DNA from: Macrostomum lignano
Lineage: Eukaryota
Assembly: GCA_002269645.1 (NCBI GenBank)
Contig: NIVC01002241.1
Coordinates: 124,001 to 188,000, forward strand
Length of the DNA stretch: 64,000 nucleotides
Direction: 5' to 3'
Each line of letters opens with the position of its first letter. The stretch's first letter is position 1. The notes below the pieces were generated by a model, which saw only the letters and a list, made by a program, of their open reading frames with translations, did not search any database and was not told where the DNA came from. The translations under genes and the position numbers were made by a program. This document shows positions 34,160 to 46,930 of this stretch, one piece after another.

Positions 34160-35210
34160 TCGGTGATATGAAGTGTCGAAGCTATGAAGTATCGAAGATA
34201 TGAGGTGTTGGAGATATGAAGTGTCGGAGATATGAAGTGTCGGAGATATGAAGTGTTGGAGATATGAAGTGTCGGAGATATGAAGTGTCGGAGATATGAA
34301 GTGTTGAAGGTATGAAATGTCGGAGATATGAAGTGTCGAAGCTATGAAGTATCGAAGATATGAGGTGTTGGAGATATGAAGTGTCGGAGATATGAACTGT
34401 CGGAGATATGAAGTGTCGGAGATATGAAGTGTCGGAGATATGAAGTGTCGGAGATATGAAGTGTCGGAGATATGAAGTGTCGGAGATATGAACTGTCGGA
34501 GATATGAACTGTCGGAGATATGAACTGTCGGAGATATGAAGTGTCGGAGATATGAAGTGTTGGAGATATGAAGTGTCGGAGATATGAAGTGTCGGAGATA
34601 TGAAGTGTTGGAGATATGAACTGTCGGAGATATGAAGTGTCGGAGATATGAAGCGTCGGAGATATGAAGTGTCGGAGATATGAAGCGTCGGAGATATGAA
34701 GTGTCGGAGATATGAAGTGTCGGAGATATGAAGTGTCGGAGATATGAACTGTCGGAGATATGAAGTGTTGGAGATATGAAGTGTCGGAGATATGAAGCGT
34801 CGGAGATATGAAGTGTCGGAGATATGAAGTGTCGGAGATATGAAGTGTCGGAGATATGAACTGTCGGAGATATGAAGTGTCGGAGATATGAAGTGTCGGA
34901 GATATGAAGTGTTGGAGATATGAAGTGTTGGAGATATGAACTGTCGGAGATATGAAGTGTCGGAGATGTGAAGTGTCGGAGATATGAACTGTCGGAGATG
35001 TGAAGTGTCGGAGATTTGAAATGTTGGAGATGTGAAGTGTCGGAGATATGAAGTGTCGGAGATTGATATGAACTGTCGGAGAAATGAAGTGTCGGAGATA
35101 TGAACTGTCGGAGATATGAAGTGTCGGAGATTGATATGAACTGTCGGAGAAATGAAGTGTCGGAGATATGAACTGTCGGAGATATGAAGTGTCGGGGATA
35201 TGAAATGTTA
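34160..35210. repeat. 16-bp minisatellite, about 65 copies, intronic
   Basis: Unit GAAGTGTCGGAGATAT with GAACT and GTTGG variants. Confidence 0.97.
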
Positions 35211-36306
35211 GAGAGATAGTGTCAGAGATCTCACACCTTTTGCTCGTATATATTGTATTTAGAGTTATTATTTATTTATTCTTGCTCAAATACTAAGTGC
35301 ACAATGTCTTCTTGTTTCAGTGCAAGCCATAAAATATCCTGCGATTCCGGGTGTCAAAAGTACATTGATGCACTTTTGAATTTTATTACCAAATTAATAA
35401 ATTTATAATTAAGATCTGCACTCGGCCATAGACGATGAAGCCAGTCAAGCGGACAGCTGGCAATTCCATAGCAAGTATTCTGACCGCAGAACTGATTCAC
35501 TTGATTGTCTATGGTGCCGAGTGCAGTTCTGTGGCAGTGGCTGCTGCTCCACTTGATCCGCCACTTTGCTGACAAAAAGCAGTAGTATATATCGCGTATC
35601 ATTAAGCAGTAGTTTTTGACCGCGTGATTCTGCTATAAGCAAATACGAATAGACGCTATAATTACTTGATCCACATGCTGAATGCATTTTACTTAAGTTT
35701 TTCTGTATGTTTGTGACATAGACACAGATTTTTACACAATTTTAAAGTAAGAGCCCATTTTTGAGTGACAATTTGTGGCTTATTTTTCAGTTTTGAGCAC
35801 AGATGCTAAAAAAACTAGATGGGCGACGCCACTCAGGCTTATATAGTTAATAAAACAGCTTTCTGCTTTCAGTTCAGTAGCAAAGAAGAATACATAAGCT
35901 ATTTTATAAAAATAAAGGCAGCTGAAATAACTTTGATAAGTTTAGAAGCCAAAGCTTGCAGACGTAAACAACTTGCTAATTGGTTCAGCAATAATGTACA
36001 TTAGCCAGTCCACTGAAATGTACATGGCAGCTTTAGGCTGGAATTCCAAGAAAGGCAATAAAAATTGGGGCGGGGCGGGGGGTAATGTGGACGGGCGCGG
36101 TTGGAGTGTTTAAGCTGGGGGTAAGACTAAGAGCTAATAAATGAGCCATGGCTTTATGAATATATTAAATGCTTCCATTTAACTTACTACTGAACTGAAA
36201 GTAGCATACACGCAAATGTGCTGAGTGGCCCATCTAGTTGTTCTAGTATTTGTGGTTGGCAGAAGCCAATAAAAACTCAGGCTTTGTTTTACTACCTTAG
36301 ATGGGT

Positions 36307-36375
36307 GGGCCGTAGCCCAGGGCTCCAGCGCGGCGCTCTGATGCGCCAGCGGCCCAGGCTCGATTCCAAGTGCAG
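36307..36375 (+). mobile_element. Second tRNA-like head (possible SINE) in receptor intron
   Basis: GGGCCGTAGCCCAGGG (A-box-like), stem GGCGC/GCGCC, GGCTCGATTCC (B-box-like). Acceptor stem not completed. Confidence 0.4.
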
Positions 36376-36671
36376 TCAGTCACATTAATTTGGAGCTATA
36401 TTGAAATATCGGCTTGGCTCTGCTTGTGAAATTAACGGCCTTGAGGGCCAACCCCCAAGGCACGGTGAAGTGTACATGCCTAGCGATAAATAAAGTCAGG
36501 GTCGTATCCGCGCGCCTGCTCAGGGGAGTCGGGGGGGGGGGGAATGAGCAGTAATGTCTGTCATAAAAAATACTAACGTAGACAAAAAACCTTTTTAAGC
36601 AGCGAAAATTTAAATGAAAAAGTTCAACTTTTGAACTATTTCTTTTCACTGCTAATGCTCATTATCCGCAG

Positions 36672-36913
36672 GTTCACGGGTCCCGAGGGTCGGAATTGTA
36701 CAAAAACAACAACCGCCACTATTGATATTAGTGGCCATAAAAGTTCTACTCCAGTCTGTAACGACAGCTGCGCTTGCAACAGCTTGGGCAACTGCGACTG
36801 GGGGAATAAGTGCCAGACGGGTCTTGAGGACGATATGGAAGTTTTTGCTGAGCTGTGCAACAATATTGGCTGGTGCACCAACGCCACTTGGAAATTTGAT
36901 CGGCGGGATAAAG
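36672..36913 (+). CDS. Receptor exon (Cys-rich end of first FN3/CBM module)
   Basis: Acceptor atccgCAG at 36671, donor GTTGGT at 36914, phase 2-1. MEVFAELCNNIGWCTNATWKFD resembles gp130 IEVWVEAENALG...INFD. Confidence 0.75.
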
Positions 36914-37094
36914 GTTGGTTTTTTGCTGGAAAAACTTATTTTATTATCGTTTTCTGTAAATTAATATGTGAAATAGCGCTCATAGCTATTTTGAAGCATA
37001 TCTTTTTAATTTATGCCAATAGACACTTTCTAAAAATCACACCTCTTTGTAGAGTAGTTATGGGATTATTATTGAAATAAAGCCACTGACTTAA

Positions 37095-38250
37095 TTGTAG
37101 CTTTGGGATATTTTAGGTGAAATCCCGTTCCATTGTAGCTTTGGGATATTTTAGGTGAAATCCCGTTCCATTGTAGCTTTGGGATATTTTAGGTGAAATC
37201 CCGTTCCATTGTAGTTTTGGGATATTTTAGGTGAAATCCCGTTGCATTGTAGTTTTGGGATATTTTAGGTGAAATCCCGTTGCATTGTAGTTTTGGGATA
37301 TTTTAGGAGAAATCCCGTTCCATTGTAGTTTTGGGATATTTTAGGTGAAATCCCGTTCCATTGTAGCTTTGGGATATTTTAGGAGAAATCCCGTTCCATT
37401 GTAGCTTTGGGATATTTTAGGAGAAATCCCGTTCCATTGTAGCTTTGGGATATTTTAGGTGAAATCCCGTTGCATTGTAGCTTTGGGATATTTTAGGAGA
37501 AATCCCGTTCCATTGTAGCTTTGGGATATTTTAGGAGAAATCCCGTTCCATTGTAGCTTTGGGATATTTTAGGAGAAATCCCGTTGCATTGTAGCTTTGG
37601 GATATTTTAGGTGAAATCCCGTTGCATTGTAGCTTTGGGATATTTTAGGAGAAATCCCGTTCCATTGTAGCTTTGGGATATTTTAGGAGAAATCCCGTTG
37701 CATTGTAGCTTTGGGATATTTTAGGAGAAATCCCGTTGCATTGTAGTTTTGGGATATTTTAGGAGAAATTCCATATCCATTGTAGTTTTGGGATATTTTA
37801 GGAGAAATCCCGTTGCATTGTAGCTTTGGGATATTTTAGGTGAAATCCCGTTGCATTGTAGCTTTGGGATATTTTAGGAGAAATCCCGTTCCATTGTAGC
37901 TTTGGGATATTTTAGGAGAAATCCCGTTGCATTGTAGCTTTGGGATATTTTAGGAGAAATCCCGTTCCATTGTAGCTTTGGGATATTTTAGGAGAAATCC
38001 CGTTCCATTGTAGCTTTGGGATATTTTAGGAGAAATCCCGTTGCATTGTAGCTTTGGGATATTTTAGGAGAAATCCCGTTGCATTGTAGCTTTGGGATAT
38101 TTTAGGAGAAATCCCGTTGCACTGTAGCTTTGGGATATTTTAGGAGAAGTCCCATCTCCATTGTAGTTTTGGGATATTTTAGGAGAAATTCCATATCCAT
38201 TGTAGTTTTGGGATATTGTTAGAGATCCGATCCCATAGTTATTTTGGGAT
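37095..38250. repeat. 38-bp minisatellite, about 30 copies, intronic
   Basis: Unit CTTTGGGATATTTTAGGAGAAATCCCGTTCCATTGTAG. Confidence 0.97.
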
Positions 38251-38322
38251 ATTGTTAGAAGTCCCATCCACACATACTGAGTTGTTTTCAACTTCCCTAA
38301 TCCTGTAATTCCCCACGCGCAG

Positions 38323-39686
38323 AGAAGCCGCTACCAGTTGGCGGCCTTCGCGCCAACTTTCAGTCCAACAGCCGCCTTGTGGTGAGCTGGGAGAGTCCGA
38401 CCGTTACAACATCGGATCAGAACTACACCTACAGGGTGGATATTTTGACATCCGCCCAGCAACTCGTTGCCACCCAGATTAGCAACCATACCAGCTTGGC
38501 ATTCAACAACACCTACAGCTTGCTGCGCCACGGTGAGCAGTTCAATATTCGAGCAGTTTGCCAGCCTCGCTACTATGCAGGCTACGACTCCGATCCCATT
38601 GTGGAATCATTCGTGTCTCCCGAATCGGCGCCGTGCGCGCCTCCGGCTCTGGTGCTGACGGCGCCAAGCGAGAATTCTATCGGCGCCGCTTTGCCACCGT
38701 TGCATTGTCGCAACGGTCGCATTCGCCAGTTTGTGGTTAGCGACACCGGCTGGGGGAGAAACAGCAGCGTTACTGTCGGCAAGCAGGTTGAGTTTGTTGC
38801 CTGGCAACCGGAGCGGCATCAGCTGGTTGCTGGTTTTGAGAAGCTGCGAGTCGCCGCGGCCACCAGCGTCGGTGTTGGGCCGCCAGCCGTTGGCGCCGTT
38901 GAAATCGCCTGGCTGCAGGACTGCGCTCTGCAACCGCAGTCAAGCAGTTCGCCTGCGCCAGCTGACGAACTGCTGGACATCACGGATCGCCTTGGCAGTC
39001 GGCGAGTCTTCGTCTGGTCTGGCAGCAGCGCCGACCGGCCCGAGATCGTCGCCTGCGAGAAGTCGGCATTGTCCGGCGACAGTCTGGCAGAGTGCCAGCG
39101 AGTCTGGCTGCTGAATGGGACATTGTTAGCGAGCTCGGACGGGCTGCCAGTGGACACTGTTGGGACCAATCTGACTGTCCGGTTGGCTCGCTACGGGGCC
39201 GGCCGGCCCGCTTGCCTGTGCCACCTGGTGGACGGCGGCTCCACTATGCAGCCGGAAATTTCCGTTATTGAAGAGAAGAATTCGCTGTTGACACTGGCGG
39301 AGACCAGCTGCCGCGGTCACTTGCATATTGAGTCCTATTGGATTCGGCCGGTGGGTGGTGGCTCCAACTCCAGCATCCGGTGCAGCAGAGACCGCGCCTT
39401 GCCCAGACGAATTCACTGCCGCCTGCCGCCGTTGTCTGACAGTTTCAATTATGGAACTTCCGGCCGCGCTGGCATTGTCGAGGCTCGGTCTGGGCGGCAT
39501 TTGATTTTTCGTTCGCAGAAGAGATGGCGATCAAACAGTTCAATGGAGTGGTCGATGACAATTTGGCTCATTTGCATCGGTCTGGCTGTTGTCCTGATTG
39601 CTAGTCTCTCTTTCGGTTGCTATCTATGCTGTCGTAACCGCGCTCCAATTCCGCCAGCCTTGGATGAGAAATATCCCCTCCCAGAG
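38323..39686 (+). CDS. Receptor large exon: FN3 modules, transmembrane helix and juxtamembrane region
   Basis: Acceptor cacgcgCAG at 38322. Encodes EKPLPVGGL..LVVSWESP, FNIRAVCQPRYYAGYDSD (WSxWS-position-like), NGRIRQF..VAAATSVGVGP, TM WSMTIWLICIGLAVVLIASLSFGCYLCC, then RNRAPIPP. Donor GAG|GTGGGC at 39687. Confidence 0.82.
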
Positions 39687-39873
39687 GTGGGCATTGTGTT
39701 TTTTATCTTTTTTTACCTGTTGCTTTATGCTTATGGAAACAACAAACAGTGAACAAATATCAAGACAGGGAATATCAAACTTATATTTGAGGCTGTTTAT
39801 TACTTATAGTAACGTGTTACAAATAGTATATAAGGATTATTTATTTATCACATTCTTCAATTTTCTTATCCAG

Positions 39874-39979
39874 ATGCCACTACTCAAAAACTCGCAGCGG
39901 CAGGCCGCCTCTAGCAATCCGGTCACTGACGATACTCGGCTCACGCCCAGTGCGGGTTCGGCCACACAAAACGGCCACG
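39874..39979 (+). CDS. Receptor cytoplasmic exon
   Basis: Acceptor ttttcttatcCAG at 39873, phase 0; donor GTCAGT at 39980 (or read-through to TGA at 39985-39987). Confidence 0.65.
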
Positions 39980-39994
39980 GTCAGTGAACTTGCT

Positions 39995-40640
39995 ACTTAT
40001 AGTAGGGTACACTAGTTATTGGTGGGGTGTTTCTATTTATAGTAGGTTGTTTCTACTTACTTATAGTAGGATGTACTATTCATAGTAGAATGTTACTACT
40101 TATAATAGGGTGCCCTACCTACAGTAGGTTGTTTCTACTTACTTATAGTAGGATGTACTATTTATAGTAGAATGTTACTACTTATAGTAGGGTGCCCTAC
40201 CTACAGTAGGTTGTTTCTACTTACTTATAGTAGGATGTACTATTCATAGTAGAATGTTACTACTTATAATAGGGTGCCCTACCTACAGTAGGTTGTTTCT
40301 ACTTACTTATAGTAGGATGTACTATTCATAGTAGAATGTTACTACTTATAATAGGGTGCCCTACCTACAGTAGGTTGTTTCTACTTACTTATAGTAGGAT
40401 GTACTATTCATAGTAGAATGTTACTACTTATAATAGGGTGCCCTACTTACAGTAGGGTCTTTCTATTTATAGTAGGGTGTTTCTACTTATAGTAGGGTGC
40501 ACTACGTACAGTAGGGTGTACTACTCATAGTAGAATGTTTTTAATAATAGTAGGGTTACTACTTATAGTAGCATGTTTTTAATCATAGTAAGGTGCGTTA
40601 CTTATTGTAGCCTGCACTACTTATAGTAAGATGGTCATAC
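39995..40640. repeat. Higher-order minisatellite (82-bp unit built from about 20-bp TAGTAGG monomers), intronic
   Basis: TAGTAGGATGTACTATT recurs at 40064 and 40146 (period 82) and onward; degenerate monomers at both ends. Confidence 0.88.
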
Positions 40641-40736
40641 ATTTAGTAAAGTGTACAACTTTTATTAGTGAGAGCTAAACTGTTTTAGACTTTCGTATTG
40701 CAAAATTTTTAATTGCAATTCAAAAAAACAATTCAG

Positions 40737-40834
40737 TTGATCACTGCTCGCCGATCTACACGGCCGGCTACAGCCCGAGAACGCCGCTGCAATCACCTAC
40801 AGCATCACACGAGAACTTACAGCATTCTGTATAG
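40737..40834 (+). CDS. Putative terminal receptor exon containing tyrosine motifs
   Basis: Acceptor aattCAG at 40736. The phase-1 join gives VDHCSPIYTAGYSPRTPLQSPTASHENLQHSV*. Confidence 0.5.
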
Positions 40835-43395
40835 GTGCGATACAAGCACCTGCTTTGGTGTTGGATCCTTTTCTTGGTGTACGTGGCTCGTAAAACCATG
40901 TTGATCATATTAAATGTTTTTTTACTATACCAGTTGTATTTGGTTTAAACTTGATTCTTAATCCACTGTAACAAGCAATATTTAATTTGATCTTATTGTA
41001 AAAAGCGCCATGTCTACTGCGCCACTTTCAAGTTAGTACAGTACGTAGCGCACATACGTAAGCTATGACCTAATTCGCCAACTGTCTATGGCCTGAACTG
41101 CGTCAGACAAGCTTTCTATCTCAGTGTTCGCTATGCACTACTTATATAAACCTCGCTTTCGGCCTAATATATTATTCTTTATTTTATTGAACCAGACGAG
41201 CATTCTATCTAAGACACGGCCAACCAGATTGTCTATGGCCGAAACCGTGTGTGAGGAGAGTGTTGAATTTCAGACATCGAGCAGTGGAATTCGGAACCAT
41301 TAGAAAAAGAGTGATAAAGTGAATTGGATTTTTGTAACTTCAACTGTTACTAAACTGTCAGACCACAGTGGGCTCAATAAGATGTTTTTACGGGCCAAGC
41401 AGTAGGGCATGAAGCGCAGTGTGTGAGCAAACCAGCTGCTGCACTCTTGGCGACACCCACGCCCCCCTGACTCCGCGATTCTCTGCCGCACCAAGGGAGC
41501 GCCAATCCTGTAGATTGATTTCCGTCTTGTGGCCTTTCCAGCTCCATTTGCACGGCGGGCATGACTTAGTTTTAACTGCTCTGTGTCTTAAATTCAAGCG
41601 TGCGTCTGTGCCATAGACGGTGTTTTGATGACCAAATTTAAAACGCAAATATATTCGAATACATGGATGAATTCATCGGCTTGCTATAAATATTAGCCAG
41701 TAGCCTCTATGTGATGATAATGTGAGTGACTTTATCTAGGTTATGTATGGATATCCAATATGTTATATGGATATGCATATTTCCTTTGATGCAGATAATA
41801 CTTTATTATCTTGAATAGAGCGCTTAGCGCAATGTTAAAACTTTGTTAACAAAGCCATTTTTATAACTATGGGTTACAACACACTCTAAAAATGCAATTT
41901 TAATCATCAGAATTATTCTCATTTTTACATTGAGCTTCTGTGCAGTTTAACTGTTTTGTCTTGTCCAATTTTTTTAACTGGTCAAGACGCCTTGATTATG
42001 GACAAAAAGCCTACAAGATTCCGGACTCATTGATTCAAAATTTGTTCTTTAAATGTGGTCAAAACTTGAATGACCAATAGTACTTGCTGGCTTCTTGATT
42101 GCGAGAGCAGGGAATTATTTATATACTACCGTAATGAATTACTGCACACATTTCGCCATATTGTATAGTCCAATTTTATACATTTCTCTACCTATTTAAC
42201 TATTTTTATTGGTGCACAAAAAGTTGTATTGTATAGTTTGATTTTCATAATTTTTGCACAATTTTCCCGCAATTGTGCTTTTGCATATATTATTTTACTG
42301 CAATCAAATTTTGTCACCACAAATTCGTGCTGGCAGATATAAACAATAATAGTGAGCTTTTCTTTTCATGCTGCACGCTATCACATGGCAAAAAAATGAA
42401 AAGAAGCACTTTTGTATTTTTATTTCTTTAGCATGCAATTCTACAGTACAACCTTAAATCTTTCCGTGCCGTGCATTTTAATGGTTTTTAGGCACGGGAC
42501 ATGTACAATTGTACGTAGCTAGAATAAAAATTAATATGCAATCCTAATTTTCTGAACGAAAGGCTTTTATGAATATCAATAGAATTATAAGAAAGGCACA
42601 ACATATCAAAAGATGAACGTTGGGTCTGCCTCTTATCAAAAGCAATAACACTTTTTGTTCTGAAAATAAAAAACGTAATATCTGCCATAGCGTGTATTTT
42701 TCGGCGAAAACCCAGCCTCCTTAACATTTTGTAAGATACGTAGTTTCCCGTACTTCTAGTTAAGTAGTCCTTCAAGCTTTTCACATTACTAATTCCAGAA
42801 CCAGTTCGGATCTTCCTAGAAAAAAAGCAGTAATACTATTTAACTTCGTTAAATGTTTGAATGCCTTAACAGCCTCACTTTTGCAATTTTTTTCATTTTC
42901 TTCTTAGCTATACCCATTCTGAATAGTTACAACTTTATAGCACGTATATCCCTCTATAGTTAAGGAGACAGAAAGTTATAATTTATAAAATTGGATCTGG
43001 TTCTAGAACCAGCTAACAAGCAATTTGTAAAGGCCCCTTGAAACAATAATGTTAAACAACGAAGTCCTGTGACGGTGTTCACTCTTATATTTTTAACAAA
43101 GAAGGTTGTATTATTTTTTAGTTGCATGGCATTTTTTTCTTGGTTCAAATCTTTTGACCAGACTTAACAAATACAGCTAATTACTCTTTACGGGGCAAAA
43201 AAAATAATGTGTATTTTATATCAAACAGCTTATTCAATATAATGCTTATGCTCATAATTTGCAAAGAGTTTGCATTTATTTATATATTTACGTGCAGGAC
43301 TCACAGAAGCAAGACAGGACAGCTGTGTGTAGCTGCTAGCTAACACATTGTTTTATTATAACCATACTTTGTATCTAATAAATAATAAATACACA

Positions 43396-43447
43396 ATGTC
43401 TGCTGAAAAATCCTTCGACTTTTTGGAAAATACTCCTTTAGCAAACC
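43396..43447 (+). CDS. YIPF4: YIPF4 exon 1 (absent from the ORF track)
   Basis: MSAEKSFDFLENTPLAN, donor GTGAGT at 43448. The phase-1 join to 46931 gives ...ANPGDMSGQM, and the total becomes 244 aa. Confidence 0.7.
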
Positions 43448-46400
43448 GTGAGTTCTTAATTATTTACTCGATTCACTGCTGACTGCTGTTTATCTTACGT
43501 GCTTATGTAAATTTAGATTTTGGTTTTTATCTGTACAGGAGGGTGCTTTTTAATGTAATTTATTGCATATATAGACAGTTTAAAGCAGGATAACTGTGAA
43601 AAAATTTATTGAGTATTCAAAATGTTTTTATAAATGCAAATGCATCAGATTTGAACTTTTTTGAGGGGCTACAGACACAGTCAGGATTATATTATGAATT
43701 TTGGTATAAAGCATGAACTATGTCTATATATAGTGTGGGCATTTCCACAAAAAGGGACGATGGGAAAATTAAGCTTAACAATTTTTTTAAATAAAAATTT
43801 CTTAAGCTATGTTAAGGTAGATGGTAATTAGTACTAAAATAATGCTTTAGAAAAAACCATAGAGGTTTTTACACAATAAAAGTATCACTCTGATTTAAAA
43901 AATATACGACAACAAACTCTAAGAGTCTTAAGTGCTTTAAAGTTGTGTAACCCAGCAATCTTATAGATGTCTGCCCTCAGGCCTCAGATTTTAACTTCAT
44001 AAGTTTAAGACATATCTTTAACTTTGAGGACATGATAAAGTATGTTTTTAACTGCATTTCATTCAGAAAAGCTTAAATTTTGTTATAATAACTAGTTATT
44101 TAAACTGCTTGCTTTTATTTGCATGCAGTTCATTATTATGGCTTCTAAATACACTTTCTTGAGCAAGTATGTTTTGCATTGTTTTCTGACTACATTTCTC
44201 TATTTCTCAAAGTTGAAATTGATTTTAAAGTTAAAGTTTATTTTAAACAAAAAACCACATTGTGGTTTTTTATGAATGTTTGTTTCTATATCTAAATCAT
44301 ATAATTAAAACATGAATTAATTTTTTATTGCCAAGTCAAACTAGGATAGGCTAGCATAATAACAAGTATCTGCAAAACCCTAAAGTACCCAACATATAGA
44401 ATATAGAGAGTCAATATTTTTTTTTACATTAATCTAGACACTCCAAGCTTTGTAATAGATGTTTAGTTGCTTTTCAAATATATTTCATTGCAGAGAAATT
44501 AATCAATTTGTAACTGAAACAACTATATCACAATTGACTATTTCTATGAAACCCTAGAGTATTCAACATACAATGTGTAGAGAACCAATTTTTTATTAAA
44601 TGAATCTACTCAGCCTGAACTTTCTAATAAGCCATTTGTTGCTTTTCAAGCATATTGCATTGCTGAGAAATTTTCCTGACAATAAACATCAAAGTCAATA
44701 ATATATCTAAGACAGTTTTCATATCAAAAAATGCTTAACAGTCACATAGACCTTTTTATACTTATTTGTCTTTTAAATTAATCAGTTTTTGTCAAAATTC
44801 ATGAAAAATCTAAATTACATATGCATTTGTAATTGTAAAAGTTTATCAAAGCCTATAATACTGCTACTGCCTTTGCAACACTTACTATAGATTATCGCAA
44901 AAATGAAAGTCAAAAAATGTATGAACATTTTAAATAGTTATATCAAATAAAGTGAGTAAACAAAAAGTAAAGGTAAAAAAGGTTTAATAAGAGAAAAGTA
45001 TTTGCAGTACTTTTATATTTTTTTCTTTATTTTAAGGTGGACACTTCTATGTTTTATTTTGGTGGAAATACCCGTGTATATACATTAATTCTGTACCTAT
45101 AAGAGCTATACCATGCCATTATTGTCATGGGCAACAGGAGTTTGCAGCAATGAATGGAAGCATATGCCCCCCCCCCTAGAAAATGAGCCCATGTGACACA
45201 ATGCATTGTGTGCCCCTGCAGTTTTAAGAATATGATATTTGAGTGCTTAGTAATAGCTAATATTAGTAATTTTGAATGCTTTTTTTTGGTTTTAAACCCT
45301 AATTAGCAGCTTATAAAGACACCTGTGCCCATGTCTAGTGCCCCACTAAAATATTAGACTCCACCACCTTGATTATTGTTTGTACTAAGCACAGAAATCA
45401 CATTTAAGTTATGAAAATTAAACTATTTAAAAAAATTAAAAAGAAAATTAATGTAGCATAAAGTTGTAAATACATAGTTTAAAAATTATATTGCAAATAT
45501 ATTGTAAATTTAAATATCAGACAGGATAATAGATTTATTAAAAATACATATTTCTTTAAATTTATGTTAGTGTTTGTGGCTAGATGCTATGAGATTTTAG
45601 ACTCAACATTGCTACAGTCAGTGCACTAATGCATTCTAGCACAACAAATCTTTTTGGGTAACATTTGGCTATTCAAACTATGGCCTAAGAGGGATATCCA
45701 CTTTTGTATCTTATTCCTTCATTGGGTCTTTAGTGCTGATTTTTGCTTAGATAGGCCTTCTTTTTTGAATTCCCCAGGCCTATTCCAAACTTGACTTACT
45801 TGACTTAGCTGCAGGGGGCTCCACGCGTCTGGAAACATCCGCGCGTCCGGCCTATTCCAAAAGTCTGCTTTAATACTTTCCTAAGTTTCCTTTAGTTTGT
45901 AGTAACTGTGTGTCTATAACTTTTTAACTAATTCAAGATTCAAAATCAAAATATTAAAGTTATCATTACTTGCTTATTTCAGCACCTGACCTAGTGACCT
46001 TGTAGACTGTTTAAGTATGTAGCCATTTTAATATAGGCTATAGGGCTGAGAGACAGGGAGAGCAATAATGAAAGTGGGATAAAGACTGCCTGATCCAGTA
46101 TAATTAGTTTTTTTGTCTATTTCAATCTTGATAAAATGATGATTATACCTATATATGAAAAGTAGTTGGCTTCTAATCTAGGCTAATGCTTAATTTTGTA
46201 TTTCTTATTAGTTTATTTCTTTATTTTATTGTAATTAGTTTGCTGGTTGATTTGGTTTTATTGCCACTAGGTTACTAGTGTTCCCTAATCCTAGTGTATA
46301 GATTTAAGGACAAAGATGATCCAAAATGTTTTATTCAAAAGCATATTAAAAGTTTGTATAATCTCTTCACTTCACTCTTGTCATTAAGTTTTTTGGCCTT

Positions 46401-46930
46401 AACTTCAGCTTTCTTTAGATTTTTCATTTCATTTATGTGTAAAGCATATCAGACTTTGCTGTACTCTTGCATAAATATTATATATTTTATTGTTTGTGTT
46501 GGATTGCAAGGTAATAGCTATTGTAATGATTACAAAGTTTAGTAAAATATAGATTAGACAGTTATCCATATTTGGAAGAGTTAATAGAAAAGGAAAATAT
46601 TGAGAAACGAATAATTAAGATAAAGGTGTAAAAGAGCAACTGCAAAGTAATCAAGTAACTGCAAAAAATCTGAAAGCGAAATTAAACTGTATGCAATACA
46701 GTAAAACTAATAAATATGTCTGATTTTCTTTGCCTCATAGTCACTAGGACTATGGTCAGGTCTGATGCAAGTATTTTTGGTCAAAGTCAAAGTTTTGGAC
46801 CTTTCCCCAGAAAGCTGCAAACCCATTCTTATCCAAACTACTAGCATACCCTGAGCCTTAACTACTACAAGTAGCGTAAAAGCAAATCTACTTAACAAAC
46901 TCGACATCCCCCCTATCACACTTAAAACAG

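Noticed and set aside
41085-41650. THAP-like remnant with CCATAGAC/GTCTATGG motifs
   Set aside because: Only loose R..W...VCSH similarity across broken frames, and the motifs face outward, so no element boundaries can be defined.
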